DNA of 59,818 nt, counting the filler, from Sluysia triapertura (lineage: Eukaryota): NCBI GenBank assembly GCA_046118255.1. It is 4 parts of 4 records of this genome, joined end to end, with 100 filler letters (N's around TTAATTAATTAA, not from the genome) between each part and the next. Parts side by side here need not be neighbours in the genome. Positions count along the whole stretch, not along the records: positions 29,530 to 43,532 come from JBJNIA010010873.1; positions 43,633 to 59,818 come from JBJNIA010209035.1; 2 more parts are not named here. One strand, 5' to 3'. Position numbers and translations under genes: made by a program. Below the pieces are notes generated by a model, which saw only the letters and a program-made list of their open reading frames with translations, was not told the origin of the DNA and did no database searches. Shown piece after piece: positions 39,239-53,101 of the stretch. The number at the start of each line of letters is the position of its first letter. Position 1 is the first letter of the stretch.

Positions 39239-40167
39239 ATTGCGATTTATGTGTTAATAATAATAATAATAAACACAAATAATAACAAAAAAACAAATAG
39301 TGCATGTAATGTATGAAACATATATGCATGCAAATATGTGATATTTAGTAAAGTGGATGTTACATATGCATGTATGAATACGAAGATCATCATTATGAAA
39401 ACTAGTAATTAGTAACTGCTAGTAAATTTAATAATTAAGTAATATGGCTGAATAATACGAACTTAGTATAGAGAACAATTTATTTACAAAATAACTATGA
39501 AAATAATTTCATGTAAATTTAGTATAGAGAAGAATTTATATGTAAACAACTATATAAAAATCACTATGAAAAGTATTTACTTAATTTATTATTTAAAAAT
39601 GGCTGAATAATACAAACTTAATTTAGAGAGGAATTTAAGATTAAAATTTAATTAGAACATGTTACTATAAAAGCAAGTGCTTTTAAATGGGGTCACGCAA
39701 CAATATTAATTTATAATAAGATATGTTCCAATTCTGATTTTTTGTATTGAGAAGAAGAAGCATATGATCTTATTGAACATATTCGAATTTGAATTTATGA
39801 TCCTTGGTTTTCTTAAGTCAAATTTTATCTATAAAAATTAAGTGGGCCAGTATAAAATGCGTGGTACAAATTTTATCCTTTGGCCTATTTTAATTACAAG
39901 TATAAATATTAAATTATCATTAGAAATAAATTTGAAAAGTAAGATTCGAAATCATAAAGTATTTTTTAGAAATTTCTTCACTTCAATCTCTTACATCAGA
40001 GACAAGAACTGACTTAAGCTTCCAGATAAATTCATATTTAAGTAATAAAAGGCTATAAAAGAATTAAAAGTAGGAGAAATAACCATGATATAAAAAATAG
40101 ATAATATATAAAGTAAATTAAATTTACTAAATTAAAATTTAATAAAAGCTTAAAATTTTTCAACTAC

Positions 40168-40227
<60 letters not shown>
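40168..40227. repeat. (AAT)n microsatellite
   Basis: Direct inspection. Confidence 0.95.
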
Positions 40228-40228
<1 letters not shown>

Positions 40229-41004
40229 TTGAATTTAAAAATTTAAGCTTAGTAGTTCTTTATAAAAATTAAATGTCTTTGAACACTTTATTATATCGAT
40301 AGATTGATTTATGCTTGTAATCAATGTATTCTGTATATGTTTACAATCAATGTAACTTTCTTTATGAATTCTTATTAGTGCTATTCTAAATCTTTTGTCA
40401 ATATGTTCAAGTTACTCTAATTTTAATTAAAATTTAATGTTAAAGTGCAAATTTTATAAAATGTTACTATTCTTCAATAAATTCTCAACTTTAGTTAATA
40501 TGAAATTTTAGTCTTCGATAATTGTCTAAATATCTCCACTTATATAAATTAATATTCGTCAATGCAACTTAAATTTTTTACCTTATTTCGTATAGACTCT
40601 TTATAAGTAATATTTATATATTAGACTTATTATACTCGTTTCGGTGACCTGAAATGGAAACGGAAAAGTAAGCTTTTATTTTTATGTTATCTTAAAATTG
40701 AATTTTGTTTTATTTAACGTAAGTGCTCGAATTCAACTTTAATCACAAAAAGAAGAAAAATATCGTTATTATTTTCAATTATGACGTATCTCTATTTTAT
40801 TATTTCCCTGAATATTCAATCAAAAATAATTTTAAAAAACGCAAGTCAGATTTATAATAAAATTTATTATTAAAATGCCACTTGGTTTATAAATAATAAG
40901 ACTTTTGATTAATTTAGAAATTAATAGATTATTAATATTATTAACATTATTAATATATTATTAATATTAAAGTATTTTAAATTTCGAACAATTAGAGTAA
41001 TAAT

Positions 41005-41505
41005 TAGGGCTGTTCCCGGTTCATCGATGCACTGGATAAATTTTTTGAACCGGTTTTTGATTTAGGTGCACCTGATTTTATCTTATGAGCATGATCAATA
41101 AATAAATGACAGTATAATGGTCTTAAAAATCAAGAATTTTCATTGGTCTTCTTGAGTGTTTTTGAAATAAAATTCTAAAATATTTAGAATAAATTTCTAA
41201 TTGGGAAATCAATACTTTATAACACAAAACATGTCTCATTTTGAAATAATAGTTGTTCGTAGGTGTTTCATTATATACTATATAATATACATACATAATA
41301 TAATATATACATCTAGTTCCACCTTTATTTTATTAAAAAGCCATCGAAATTCATAACGTTACGTATTAATTTCATTCTTGTTTTTATTGTATTATATTTA
41401 ACTGAATAATACATTATTATTAAATCATTCAGTGGGAGTTTAATTATTGAGTAGGGCTGTTCCCGGTGCACCGGTAAAATTTTTATTGGTGCACTGGTGC
41501 AGGAA
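41005..41505 (+). repeat. Two direct copies of a TAGGGCTGTTCCCGGT...GGTGCAC element end (DNA transposon terminus-like)
   Basis: Copies near 41005 and 41452 in the same orientation. Confidence 0.55.
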
Positions 41506-42582
41506 AATCTTTCAAAGTCCCAGTCTCACCTCTTTAGTGGCTAATTGAATCTTCGAAAATAAATAAATGTTCTACAACGTTTATGCGTCTGCGAATAAAA
41601 CGATAAATATGTTTGAAATGTTCGTATATTAATAGCTGTTTTTTAGGTTTATGTGTCCACTAATACAATAGTAAATATATTCTAAACTTTCAAAGTTGAC
41701 AGCTTGAATTAACTGGATTTAAAATTGCAAAATCACTAGACCAAATTTCCTCTTACATAAATTTTTGTTCTGTCTAACGATTTTTATCTAATTACATCGT
41801 AATTTTTTTATTAAAAATAGTAATAAATTCGTAGTAGTTATAATAATAATTCATAATAATTTTATAATAGTATAGCATAAATTTCATAGCATAATAATAA
41901 TTTTATAGTGATGTAGTAAAATAGTAATTTCAAATTATATTAATTTCATTTTGTTAAACACTGTAATAATTATTACTTTTGTCCGAATTTGTTACTGAAT
42001 TCTGATTGTATATAATCCATATTTATTCTCAGTTTAATATGATTTTTCTCTTTTATAATGTTCTGATATCACGTTATTCTCTCTACTCTGTCCAATCTTT
42101 AACATAAGTTAATTTTGATCGAGAATAATGTTAGTTTTTAATTACATACTAGTTTTATTCAATCTCAATTCAATATAATTTTAATTTACTTATTAAAATA
42201 GTTTTGCTTATGTAAATAAAATACATAAAATAAAACTATAAAATTTTATTTCCAATTTAAATTAATTATTGTACAAATAAATTAATAATTAAATTATTAA
42301 CGATATTTTAAAGAAAATAAAAGAGCGGATTTTAAGGAAGAAGTAATTAATATTTAATGTGTTAAAGAAAGAAGGTATATTTACTTAATGGACCTTAATG
42401 GATTTTCAATTAAAAAAGCAATTAGACAGAATAATTTAATGGAAAAAAAGTAATTACAAATGAATGTTACGGAATAATAATTTAGTCAAAAAGTAATCAC
42501 AATAGTTATAGGCAATTATACAACATTATCGAATGGATATAAATAGAGAAATATTTTGGCTAAGAAAATATAATTTTAGAAG

Positions 42583-42705
42583 AAGATTTTAATCAATCCT
42601 ATCAAGAGGATATTAATCAATTCTATCGAGCAATCTTATCGAGAAGATATTAATCAATCCTATCACGACACTATCTCGAAGAAGATATCCTTCAATCTCA
42701 ACACA
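42583..42705 (+). repeat. Imperfect GAAGATATTAATCAATCCTATC tandem repeat
   Basis: About four copies visible. Confidence 0.7.
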
Positions 42706-43532
42706 ATATTTAATTTGAAGAAAGAAGGTATTCATTTGTAACATTAATTATTTGTCTAACGTTTAACGATATTTAATAATTTTAATTTGTTTGATTATTT
42801 TCCTATTAGAACAATGAGGTAATTACGAGCACTTCGTGTTTTATAACTAAACTATATTAACCATTTTGTGTAACATATTCCGTGTTCTATAACTAAATTA
42901 TTTCATGTTTTGTAACTAAACTATATTATCTATTTTGTGTAATATATTCAGTATTTTGTAACTAGCCTATTTTACGACAATTTTGTGTAAGTCTAACATT
43001 TTTCTTAAGAGAGATATATGGATAATTCGGCATTAACGTATTAAGAATCTAAGGAACCAATTTTTGGCACCATCGTTCCATCTACGACGAGTGAACGAGC
43101 GATCCCAGATAAGTAAGCATAAGTATAAAGGCAAAATAAAGACAAGAGATATTTAAAAGAGTTATTAAAATTATTATTATTAAGTTATTTTTGTAATAAC
43201 ACTTAGATTTTGTGTTTTCAAAGTTTGATTTCATATTATCGTTATGGAATCACATTATAAAATATTTGCGTATTTGGTTTTTAATTTAAAACTAGTTAAT
43301 ATTTGTTACTAAATGTTAAATTCATATTAATTCTATTAAATCTCAATTTAAAAGCATAATAATGGCAATAATTTTAATTTTTATTACTAAGAAATAAATT
43401 TAAATTAAATGGAATTCAGGTCTCAAATTTTGAAAAAATTTTTGAGTTTTTTAAAATGATTTTAATTTTTATTTTTAAGAAAATATATTTAAAAAATTTT
43501 TTTAAATAAATTTAAAATGGATGAATATTATT

Positions 43533-43632
43533 NNNNNNNNNNNNNNNNNNNNNNNNNNNNNNNNNNNNNNNNNNNNTTAATTAATTAANNNNNNNNNNNN
43601 NNNNNNNNNNNNNNNNNNNNNNNNNNNNNNNN
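43533..43632. other. Artificial contig spacer
   Basis: 44 N + TTAATTAATTAA + 44 N. Confidence 0.95.
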
Positions 43633-44419
43633 ATTTTATTGATATTATTTTGATTTATACATATTTACATTTTACAAGATTATAGTATTCTTAAGATTAT
43701 GTAGATACAATATTTAATTTTATTGTTTAATTTAATTATTGAAAATTACCCTCATTAGATCGAAGCAAAAATTAATTTTCAAAAATGTTCTTTGAGTAAT
43801 ATCCTCTCCTGGAAGATAAAAATTCCCTTATAAAAAATAAATTACTGAATTCATGGAAAAGCCACTTGAACGAAATCCTCTGTTGAATTGAAATTGATAT
43901 TATTGAAATAAGAGAGTAGTGAAAATTAGCAGTGAAAAATTGTGTTTATGAACTAGTCATTAACCAACAGAAACCGACGGAACATTCTATTTTTAGTATG
44001 GAATTTTCTTTTTTAGAAAATAAGTTATTTTATTGAAGAATTAGTGCATTAAGTTATTTTTTATAATTATAACAATTATAATTTTTTAAATAATAATTTT
44101 TAATACATTTTATAATTTTTTAATAATAATTATAATTTTTTTAATTTTCAATAATATTTATAATTTTTATAATTTTGAAACATAAAATATATACAATAAT
44201 CAATAAAATATAAATAATAAAATGTATACAAATGTTAATTTGCATATATACAATCTTTATATGTGCTTCAATAAACACATTTTACCCGAAAGTAACATTT
44301 TCATAATGTCATTTTCTTCATATAATTATCAACTTAACTTTTCATGACTTCTAAATTTAATAACTTCTAATGTTTGAAAATCATTTTAGTGCCAAACCTA
44401 CGATTTTTGATTAAATAAA

Positions 44420-45300
44420 AGTGCAAGTGTTTTTACTAAAAACCAACTTACGAAATAAAAATTAAACTGGGTTTGCTCATAGTCTAAGATTTAATCTCCT
44501 AGAACGATGCATCTCTGGGATTTAACGCATGAAAGCTACATATTCACTATACAATAAATTCGAAGAACTTTTCAGACAGGTTTCTAATTTATGTTACTGT
44601 ACTACTGTTTCATTATTGGATATACTTCTTAGATTCGAATTCACTAAAATGATGAGATCAATTGGGTTTAGCTTCTTGAATGATTTTAAGTTAATTTGTG
44701 AACATGAACGTATTCAACGCTTTACTTCAGCTTTTTTAATAATAGTAAATAACCTTATTTGGTTCTCTACTGGTAGATTTTGGTGTAATTACCTAAACTT
44801 ACGCTGACCATAAATAAACTTAGTGTATGAGTCCGCCTAAGATATTAGGCTTACAAGAATGGCTAGCCCTTAGGACTTATAAAAATTATAACTTAAAAGA
44901 AGTGATGGAGGTTAAATAATGTTTTGATGTCGACTGCGAATAAGATCTGCTTTTTGAGATTAGGTTCTGCGAATTTTATAAAATAATCAATAAATGATAA
45001 TATATTGCTCCACTTTAATGCGAGATTAGACTAAATTATGCTTATGTAATAGATTCAACTTCCGCTTGACGGTGAGATTACTTAAGTTGATGATTTTATT
45101 TTCGATTCTACTTAAACAGAACCAACACAAAATTGGTAAATTTTATAATTCGGTATTTTGCACCGAAGACAGTCAAAGGAAGATGGATTTTAGATTAATT
45201 AAAACTATAGAAATTGGCTTGATTTTATTGACGATTCTTATTAAATGGATCGAAAATATATAAGATTTAGTTTAAACGATCTGCAGCTAATTTCTATTAA
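44420..45300 (-). mobile_element. Highly decayed non-LTR (LINE) reverse transcriptase relic
   Basis: QILFAVDIKT near 44915-44950 resembles the LFADDxK catalytic motif; upstream remnants are weakly compatible; many stops. Confidence 0.4.
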
Positions 45301-45704
45301 ACGCTCTATATTAATGTAATAGAACTATGAATAACGTAATTTTATAAACTATATATTAAAGGAATTAATTGGTAATATGAAGAAAATACGAATAATTATA
45401 CAAAAATGTCAATAAAAATAAATTCGAATTAATAAGTAGAGATATAATATAATGTTACAAAGGCGAAGATATTAATAAAGTTAATATTATTAATATTAAT
45501 ATTATTAAGATCGTAAGTTTTTCTTTAATAATAATTTCTATTACATTTCTTTACATTTTTGTACTGCCAGGTATAGCTTTATTAGATTTTCATAATCTTT
45601 TTATTACCAAAATCTTTATTATATAAATCATATTTTTATTACAAACACCACTTTTTTATTATATTTTTATTGCTATTAAAATTAGATTATGATTATGATT
45701 ATTG

Positions 45705-46157
45705 AAGTGGCTGATTAAGGCTAAATTGGGCCTAGGAAACATTGTAATTCCTGGTCTATTTTTCAATCATGACACATACTTTGCGTTTGGTAGTTTGGTT
45801 TTAAAGCATTAGTATGTAGTTCTATTTAATTATCGGATTCCAAGAAAAAAAGGAAAAAAATAATATACATGTACAAAAATTAAATAAGCATAATTTATTA
45901 AAACAAACAATAATAAACAAATATACCCAGATTGATTAGTTACATTGCCTTTTCTCACTTTTAATTCTGCAGATTCGTCAATTAGTTTATCATAATTAAT
46001 AGAGTTATTTATCAATCAACAATTTGGCAGAATTTGGATACGTTTCAGCAATAATTATGAATATCACATTTTTCTGTTAAATAAAAATAAAAATTATTTA
46101 TAAAAATTATTTTAAAAATTTTAGGGCCTAGGTTGCCTAGACCTTAGTCCGTCCCTG
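45705..46157. mobile_element. hAT-type MITE with 8-bp target-site duplication
   Basis: TSD GATTATTG at 45697-45704 and 46158-46165; TIRs AAGTGGCTGATTAAGG versus reverse complement CAGGGACGGACTAAGG (11/16); subterminal GGGCCTAGG at both ends. Confidence 0.75.
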
Positions 46158-47537
46158 GATTATTGTTACTGTTATTGTGCTTAAATATCGGATTCTAAAT
46201 CGCTCTATCTTTCTAGTTGATTCGATTATTCTGTGATACCTAATTCCCTGCTAACGCAAAAAATTAATTAAAATAAGTTCTTGCGTAATCTCTTTTAATT
46301 TAAATAGCAAGACCTCCATTTTCCCATTAATAATGTGTTACAACAACTTCTAAAATTATCACTTTAATCCAAAATTATTTTACAAATCTTAGTTTAATTA
46401 ATCTAATTAAGTTAATTAACAAATATAATTTTATAAATTTTATACCTTAAAATGCATTTTAAGGTTTTCATAGCCTTTTTAAAACGCTATCTATAAATAT
46501 CGTACATAAATGACAGCCTCATTACCATCTTTTTGTCTCATGCATTTTATCTATTTATCATCTTTATTACAATTATTATAATTGTTATTTTCATTATTAT
46601 TGTTATTATTATCAATAATTACATTATTAAGTATTATTATAAATTTTAATAATTTTATAATAGTTATAATAATAATAATTTTTATTAATGTAAATTTTAT
46701 TTATTTCTTTAATTATATTTATTATTTTTACTAATTTTAATTTTCATTATTAATTCCATTAATAATTTTTATTAATTTCATAAATTTTATTTTTTTATTA
46801 CTAATTTAATTTATATAATTAAGCTTTATTATTAATTAATTTTTTATTATTAATTTAATTTTAGATCCACAATTGATTAATGATTTCATTTGAAAGTACT
46901 TTTGATTTAACATAACCGAATAGGTTTAATCGAATATATTTATAAACCCTAATCTCAAATTAAGATATCAGAATTTTATTTAAAGAAAAACATTTTTAAA
47001 TAATTAAAATACAATGCAGTTTTTATTCAGTACGTTTCACAAACCTTGTATTTTAAGCTTTTTTGATAAAAGTATCATCCTAACTGTTTATTAGTTAGAT
47101 TTTAGATCCCCTAAAATATCAACACCATTCTGTAAATCACATTTAAATTTCAATCAGATATTTTATATTATTATTATTATTATTATTATTATTTGAACTT
47201 CACATTTTAAATAGTGGAAGTCATTTTTATTGAGTATATTCACTCTTAACATACTTTAAACGTTGATACGCTAGCATATATAAACTTACATTAAGAATAT
47301 GCTGTTTTCTTACCAAATTTGAACCAGCAAATATAGTTACAAAAATTCTCAGGATATAATGCGAGCTCTACAAGAAGCAATTCCTGATCTTAGCGAAATA
47401 CAATTATATCGTTTGAATTTTAAACTCTTATATTAATGCTATAAACTTTCAGAAAAATTTCCATTATTTGTCCTTTTATTATAAATAAATTAACTTGTAA
47501 TTAAAGACAAAATATCTATGGTTTATTCCTAACATAT

Positions 47538-47891
47538 TTATGTCAGGCTGTATCTTTGTTGTACCTGAAATAATAAAAAATAATAATATAATAATATAAC
47601 AATAATAAAATAATAATAGAAAGAAACTCACCTTATTTAACCTGAAGTTACTAAAAATAAATTATTTAATATTAATATTTACCTCATATGATACTGGTAT
47701 GCATAGCTGCCGAATTTAAATAATTACTAATGAATTATCAAATGAAAACTTACCTCATTTTCCTGTTGTCTATAATGTTCTAAAAATAAATAGTTATTAT
47801 TTAGTGATGAATAATCATCCCTTACTGTTAGTATAAATAAGCCACTGCAAGAATTTGAGCCACACAATAAAAAGACTACGTGAAGTGGAAC
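47538..47891 (-). CDS. Putative micro-exon gene 3' end (exons 47891-47826, 47779-47754, 47706-47683, 47650-47632, 47564-47538)
   Basis: Four consecutive GT-AG introns (46, 47, 32, 67 nt) with donors GTAAGG, GTAAGT, GTAAAT, GTGAGT; spliced frame is open: VPLHVVFLLCGSNSCSGLFILTNIIDNRKMSYAYQYHMSNFRLNKVQQRYSLT*. Confidence 0.5.
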
Positions 47892-49235
47892 CTAATAGAA
47901 ATTCGTAACTTGATCGTTTTTTCGTTGATAAGTTGGTAAATCGAATCAGTTGGTGATACTTAATCCGTTGGTTGGAGAAATTACGTGAAATTATTTGGTA
48001 AAGATTGACTCATTCGACAATTAATCGAACTACGTCCAGTGCAATTTGGTTGTATCCTGAATTATAAAATTAGATTTAGTTTCAGCGTGACCTGAACAAA
48101 AAATTATTCAATCTCTGGCTGAAACTTTAGAACTATCAGTAAGTTTATGTTAGGTTCCATCTCTATTAGGAGATATAAAAATAAGACTTAAAATCTTAAA
48201 CAAGTTTAGTTTTACACTAGACACAATCATTTTTTAAGATTTTCAATATTGCTTTAAAAGAACCTTCTAACAATAATCATAATTTATTTTTTATTATTAT
48301 TTCGAATAATTTGCAATTTATTTATGTTCTTTTAGTAATGCGACAGTTTTAAATAGAGTTTTGTTTTTTTGCTTTATGTGGTGAGTCCGTTACAATCTTA
48401 GTCTTTCTCACTTAAGGGCTAAGTTGTAAGTAGCAATCAAGAAGAATTTCATCGGAGGTAGCTGCTGTGGTGGCCAACCTTATCAGTGAAAATTTTTAAT
48501 TCAACACTACACACGAAAAATCACATTTTACTTCTTCAGATTTATAAAAATTTCTGATACTTCAAAGCATTAAAAGTTCACAAGTTCGTAACATCAAAGA
48601 TAATTAAAATTATACTTTCAAATTATTTTAAAACAATAAATCAAAATGGAATTTCTTTCAACAGCTCCAATTTTTACAAGTTTCTTTTTTAATTCTATTT
48701 TTAAGATATGTTAAAAGAAAAAGAACTATTTACACAAAAGAAATTTATGTTTTTGTATTATTTATTATTATTTTCATTTTTGTTTTATTATTATTATTAA
48801 TTTTATTTTATTATTTTCAGTATTATTAATTACAATTTTATTATTATTATTTACATTGTTACAAAATTATTATTAAGTAATATTATCATTATTATTACTA
48901 GTAATTATCATCAGTATTATACTAGTCACATGTATTATTTGTTGTCACCACTGTTTGTGCTATCAGTAATGACAGTTTTTCAATTATCTCGGATTATTTA
49001 CTATCATTACTGACAGTCACTATTAATCAAAATTTTTCCAAATTGTAATATGCTTATTGGCTGACAAATAGTAAGTGAATTATTTCACAAGTTGAGTAAA
49101 TAACAGTAATTAAAAATCACAATTTATAAATTTTTTGACATCACTTTTAAAACATTAATCAAAAGTAATTTTGTAAAACGATATTTGACAATTTTTATCA
49201 AAAATAATTTATTGATGATCCTAGATATTTAATTT

Positions 49236-50095
49236 GTGATTTTAAATGATAACAATATAATTTCAACAAGTTCTACCACTTTAACTACTTCTATAGCTAC
49301 TTCAAATCAACTCAGACAACCAGTAAAGCTACATGAAAGATTATTTACAAATATGATATTACAGAAATGTCATCCAGCAGATGACAACATTATCATGGAA
49401 AGTAACAATAATATAAATGATAATGTAATTATAAATACCTTACCGAGCAATCAAGTCCATATGAATTTTCCCAATTCCATTGAGAACTTTAATACGATCA
49501 TTAAAGAAAACATTGTGTATGAACATCATTCATTTGTTCCTCAGATTTATGTATGTACTACTACAATTGAAAAACTATTAGAAGAGTTGTTAAAATATTC
49601 AGATTGTCATTTGTCTACTAATGTCATTTCAATGATTCGTTAAATTTACATGACAATTCAATTAAACCTTCATCTTCTAAAATTTCCTAAGATAAATTCG
49701 TTTCGAAAACAGGCATGCTTGATAAGTATAAAACTCATTGTATATCTTTCACAGATCTGTTAAAGTATAATGTTACTAATAATAATGATGCTTCATATTC
49801 AATTTATTCTAATTTGAACACATTATATGATTTGAATGCCCAAATAACAAGTCATCATACGTCATCCTATTCAATCGATATCGAAATTGATGATGTAAAT
49901 AAGCAGTTAAATGAAAGAATAAATTTTCCAAAATGGGCAATCTGCCTATACCAAACTAATGAGTCGGGTCGATCTGCGAAATATGGAGGCCTATGTCCAA
50001 ATGCACAAGCATTGAATCAACTTGTGGTTATTTCTGGAATATATAAAGAAAAATTATTCGGACCGTCTTGCTTCGACAATGAAGACATTAATAAA
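49236..50095 (+). CDS. Unassigned coding-like region (two ORFs), possible gene or pseudogene
   Basis: 135-aa and 141-aa ORFs with protein-like composition; possible donor GTAAAG near 50096; no family recognised. Confidence 0.35.
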
Positions 50096-51944
50096 GTAAA
50101 GATTTTAAAGATTTTTATGAATTATAATGTTATTTTATGATTTTATTTATTAAATTCTTCAGAATAAGAAAAACAATATATTCAAGAAATTATGAAGAAA
50201 AGATTTATGTTTTTGTTATAAGTGTTTTAAACAAAATTTCAACAGATCATGTTCTTTTTAATATTGATCGATTTACAATATTAAATTAAAAAAGAAATTC
50301 TTTAAAGAATCAAACTAACGAATAAACTTTTAATCAAAGTGATTTGTTGAATTCCGCGATTGTGAACAAATCCAACTGAAAAACTTCCAAGAATAAATAA
50401 TTGAATACTTCCGAGAACAAAGTAATTGAAAACTTCCAAGAGTAAATAGACGTCTGACACTTTTAATATTTTAAAAGAAAGTTTTTTGTGTTTTTTCGTG
50501 AAGAATTTGGATCTTGAATAGCCATTTTAGATGTCCTTGAAAATGATTTGAATAAAGAATTGAAGATTCATAAATAAAGAATTAGATATTTTAAGACGCA
50601 AAATCAATTATTTTTTAAAAAATTACTTTAATTCTATAATTTATTACAATAATAAATTAATAATAAATTAATATTAATAATAATAATAATAAATCAAAAA
50701 TCGATAATTTTTGTCATTATTTTTAGACGTTATTATTAGATGTACAATTATTTTTAGACATTTATTTTACATATTAATATAAACTTTACACACATAATTA
50801 AATTAATTTAACATACATAATTTGATATCCATTAATTTAATATTGACATAAATACACATGCTGACAGTAATATACTTTGCAGTTCGATGTCTTTTATTTG
50901 ATTTAGTTGATTTTTAGAGTCTAAAGTGCAATAATAAATTATTAAGTTAAAAGAAGCCTAAGCTAAGTATCATACTCCCTAAAAAAATTTAAAGAATATG
51001 CATAGCTAAGAAATGAATCTTTCAAAAAAGAAATGAGTAAGAATTACGCATTTATGCGAAGCACGAGATTAACATTTGAAAAGAATAAAATATAAACTCT
51101 TACTTGTTATTTATCACTGAAGGAATTAAGACATAAATTACCTCAATAGAATTGCAGAAACTTATAAAGAAAGTTTTAAGAATAGAATAGTAAGTTATAT
51201 TAATAAAGAGACTGACATATGAAAAGAATAAATTAAAAGTTTACTGGATAATAATGTAAAATCTTGCGTGTTGATTATCATTAAAGGAATTAAGACATAA
51301 TTTACCTTAACTATTTATAGAAAAACCCTCAAGAGCGTTACAAGAACAATACGCTAGTAATTGATAATTTTCCCTTTAGAAAATAAAAGTATACATTCAT
51401 GTTTAATTAAACAATTCTAGAAAAAATTTTAAGCTTACGTGCTGTTACTTACGAGTACGTCTCCTTAAGATTAAAGCGTATATCGCAAGCGGACCATTAA
51501 TAACCATAAACAATTTGTAAAAGTATAAGAAATTACTAGCATTCAAAAAAGAATTATAAAATAAGGCAAAAATAATAATAATAAGTTGAAAATTAAGATT
51601 AATCATAATTTGAACAATAATTTTAAGATTCAATGTTGAGACAGGAGGAATTTGTGGCTTAAAAATTAAAAGAGGTTAAGTATGAAAGTATCGTAGGACA
51701 AAACCTTAAAACAATCTTACGGCTGCATGGATTGGTAAATGTTTGATAAATTTTGAGAAGGAATTGTTCACCAGATGTAGAGTAAATCACGACGTACTGT
51801 AAATACAGTAATGCTTTTCTTCGACTTCACTTAACACTTGTTGGAGTATCGTGTCAATAAATGAGTATGAGAATAAATCGCAATAATCTTCTTAGCAGCA
51901 GTGTTTTATCTTTTTGATCAGCGCTTTGGGGGTTTTAGTTGATT

Positions 51945-53101
51945 TTAACGTAAAGTAGTAATATAAAACATTATCATATTTAATTGAAAACGAATATCTA
52001 TAAATTTTATTATTATTATAATGATTTCATTCTCCTTATTTGAGTTATTAGATCGAAATTCAAAAAATTCATGTTTATGGACAACAAGTCCTGTTATTTC
52101 TTTTATAATTATGTTTATAACAATTTCAAAGTATAAATAATAAAGGTTATTAATTAAATGCTTATAAAATGCATGAAGACTATAATTTATTAAACCGTAA
52201 CATCTGAATTTTATGATTATATTTAAATTATTGTTTATAACTAATGTCTTTAGTACTGCATTCTTCGGTCTGTCATCTGGATGCACATAAAAATCACGTT
52301 CTAAAAACAAAATAAAGTAAAGATGATTCTTAGTATAAAAAAATAAAACTTTACCGTCCGTTTATTCTGGAAAAACTTTGTCGTTGTAGAGTTGTGCACA
52401 GCTGTAATGGTTTGACGCTCGAATCTACTTGAAACGGATCCCACTTTTAAATATGTTCTGTAATAACGTTCTAAAACATGATCCCGATTGGTAAATTTTT
52501 CATTTGTAATAATGTTCACATCATGAATAATATGGAAACATAAAGTTGAGTTGTATTTCATCATCTGACTAAAACCTTGAATCGATTTCATTATCTGACT
52601 AAATCCTCGAATTAATTTCATCACCTGACTAAGCTCTTGTTTCATCTCATCAGTCAGTTCGAATTGATCAAAATTTTTCAAATTACTTTTTTCAAACAAG
52701 GCTCATAATACACATTGATGAATACATTTGTTACAATAATAAAGGATAATGAAAACCTCGACCATCGCTATAAGAGCATCGAAATTGGTAATGCTAAATG
52801 TTCTGAAATATTTCATACTGATTTTCGGAGGATAAGGCTTATCAAGATTAACCACGATTAATTTTATTATTAAAACATGACTATGATTAGTTTCAATATA
52901 CAAGTCTTTAATTACACATAATGTAAAATCCTGCAAATTTCTTCGCGTATCTTTTAAAAACTCAGCGTTGAACTCTACATTGTAACTTTTGCGTCTTAAG
53001 GTTTTCACATATTGAATAACTCGTCTGATTTGAACAAACGCTTTATTTACTTGAATCATACTCATCTTATTAGTTTGTCTTGTAATATATTGCCTAGACA
53101 T
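51945..53101 (-). CDS. Unassigned gene or pseudogene with internal 10-aa repeat
   Basis: ATG 53101; two in-frame 132-aa ORFs separated by a single TGA (52703-52705); 30-bp repeat (xFSQxMKxIx)3 at ~52556-52640; 54-nt GT-AG segment 52354-52301. Confidence 0.4.

Noticed and set aside
43060-43120. TGGCACCATCG... possible PBS of a second LTR element
   Set aside because: No LTR or gag recognisable before the contig ends
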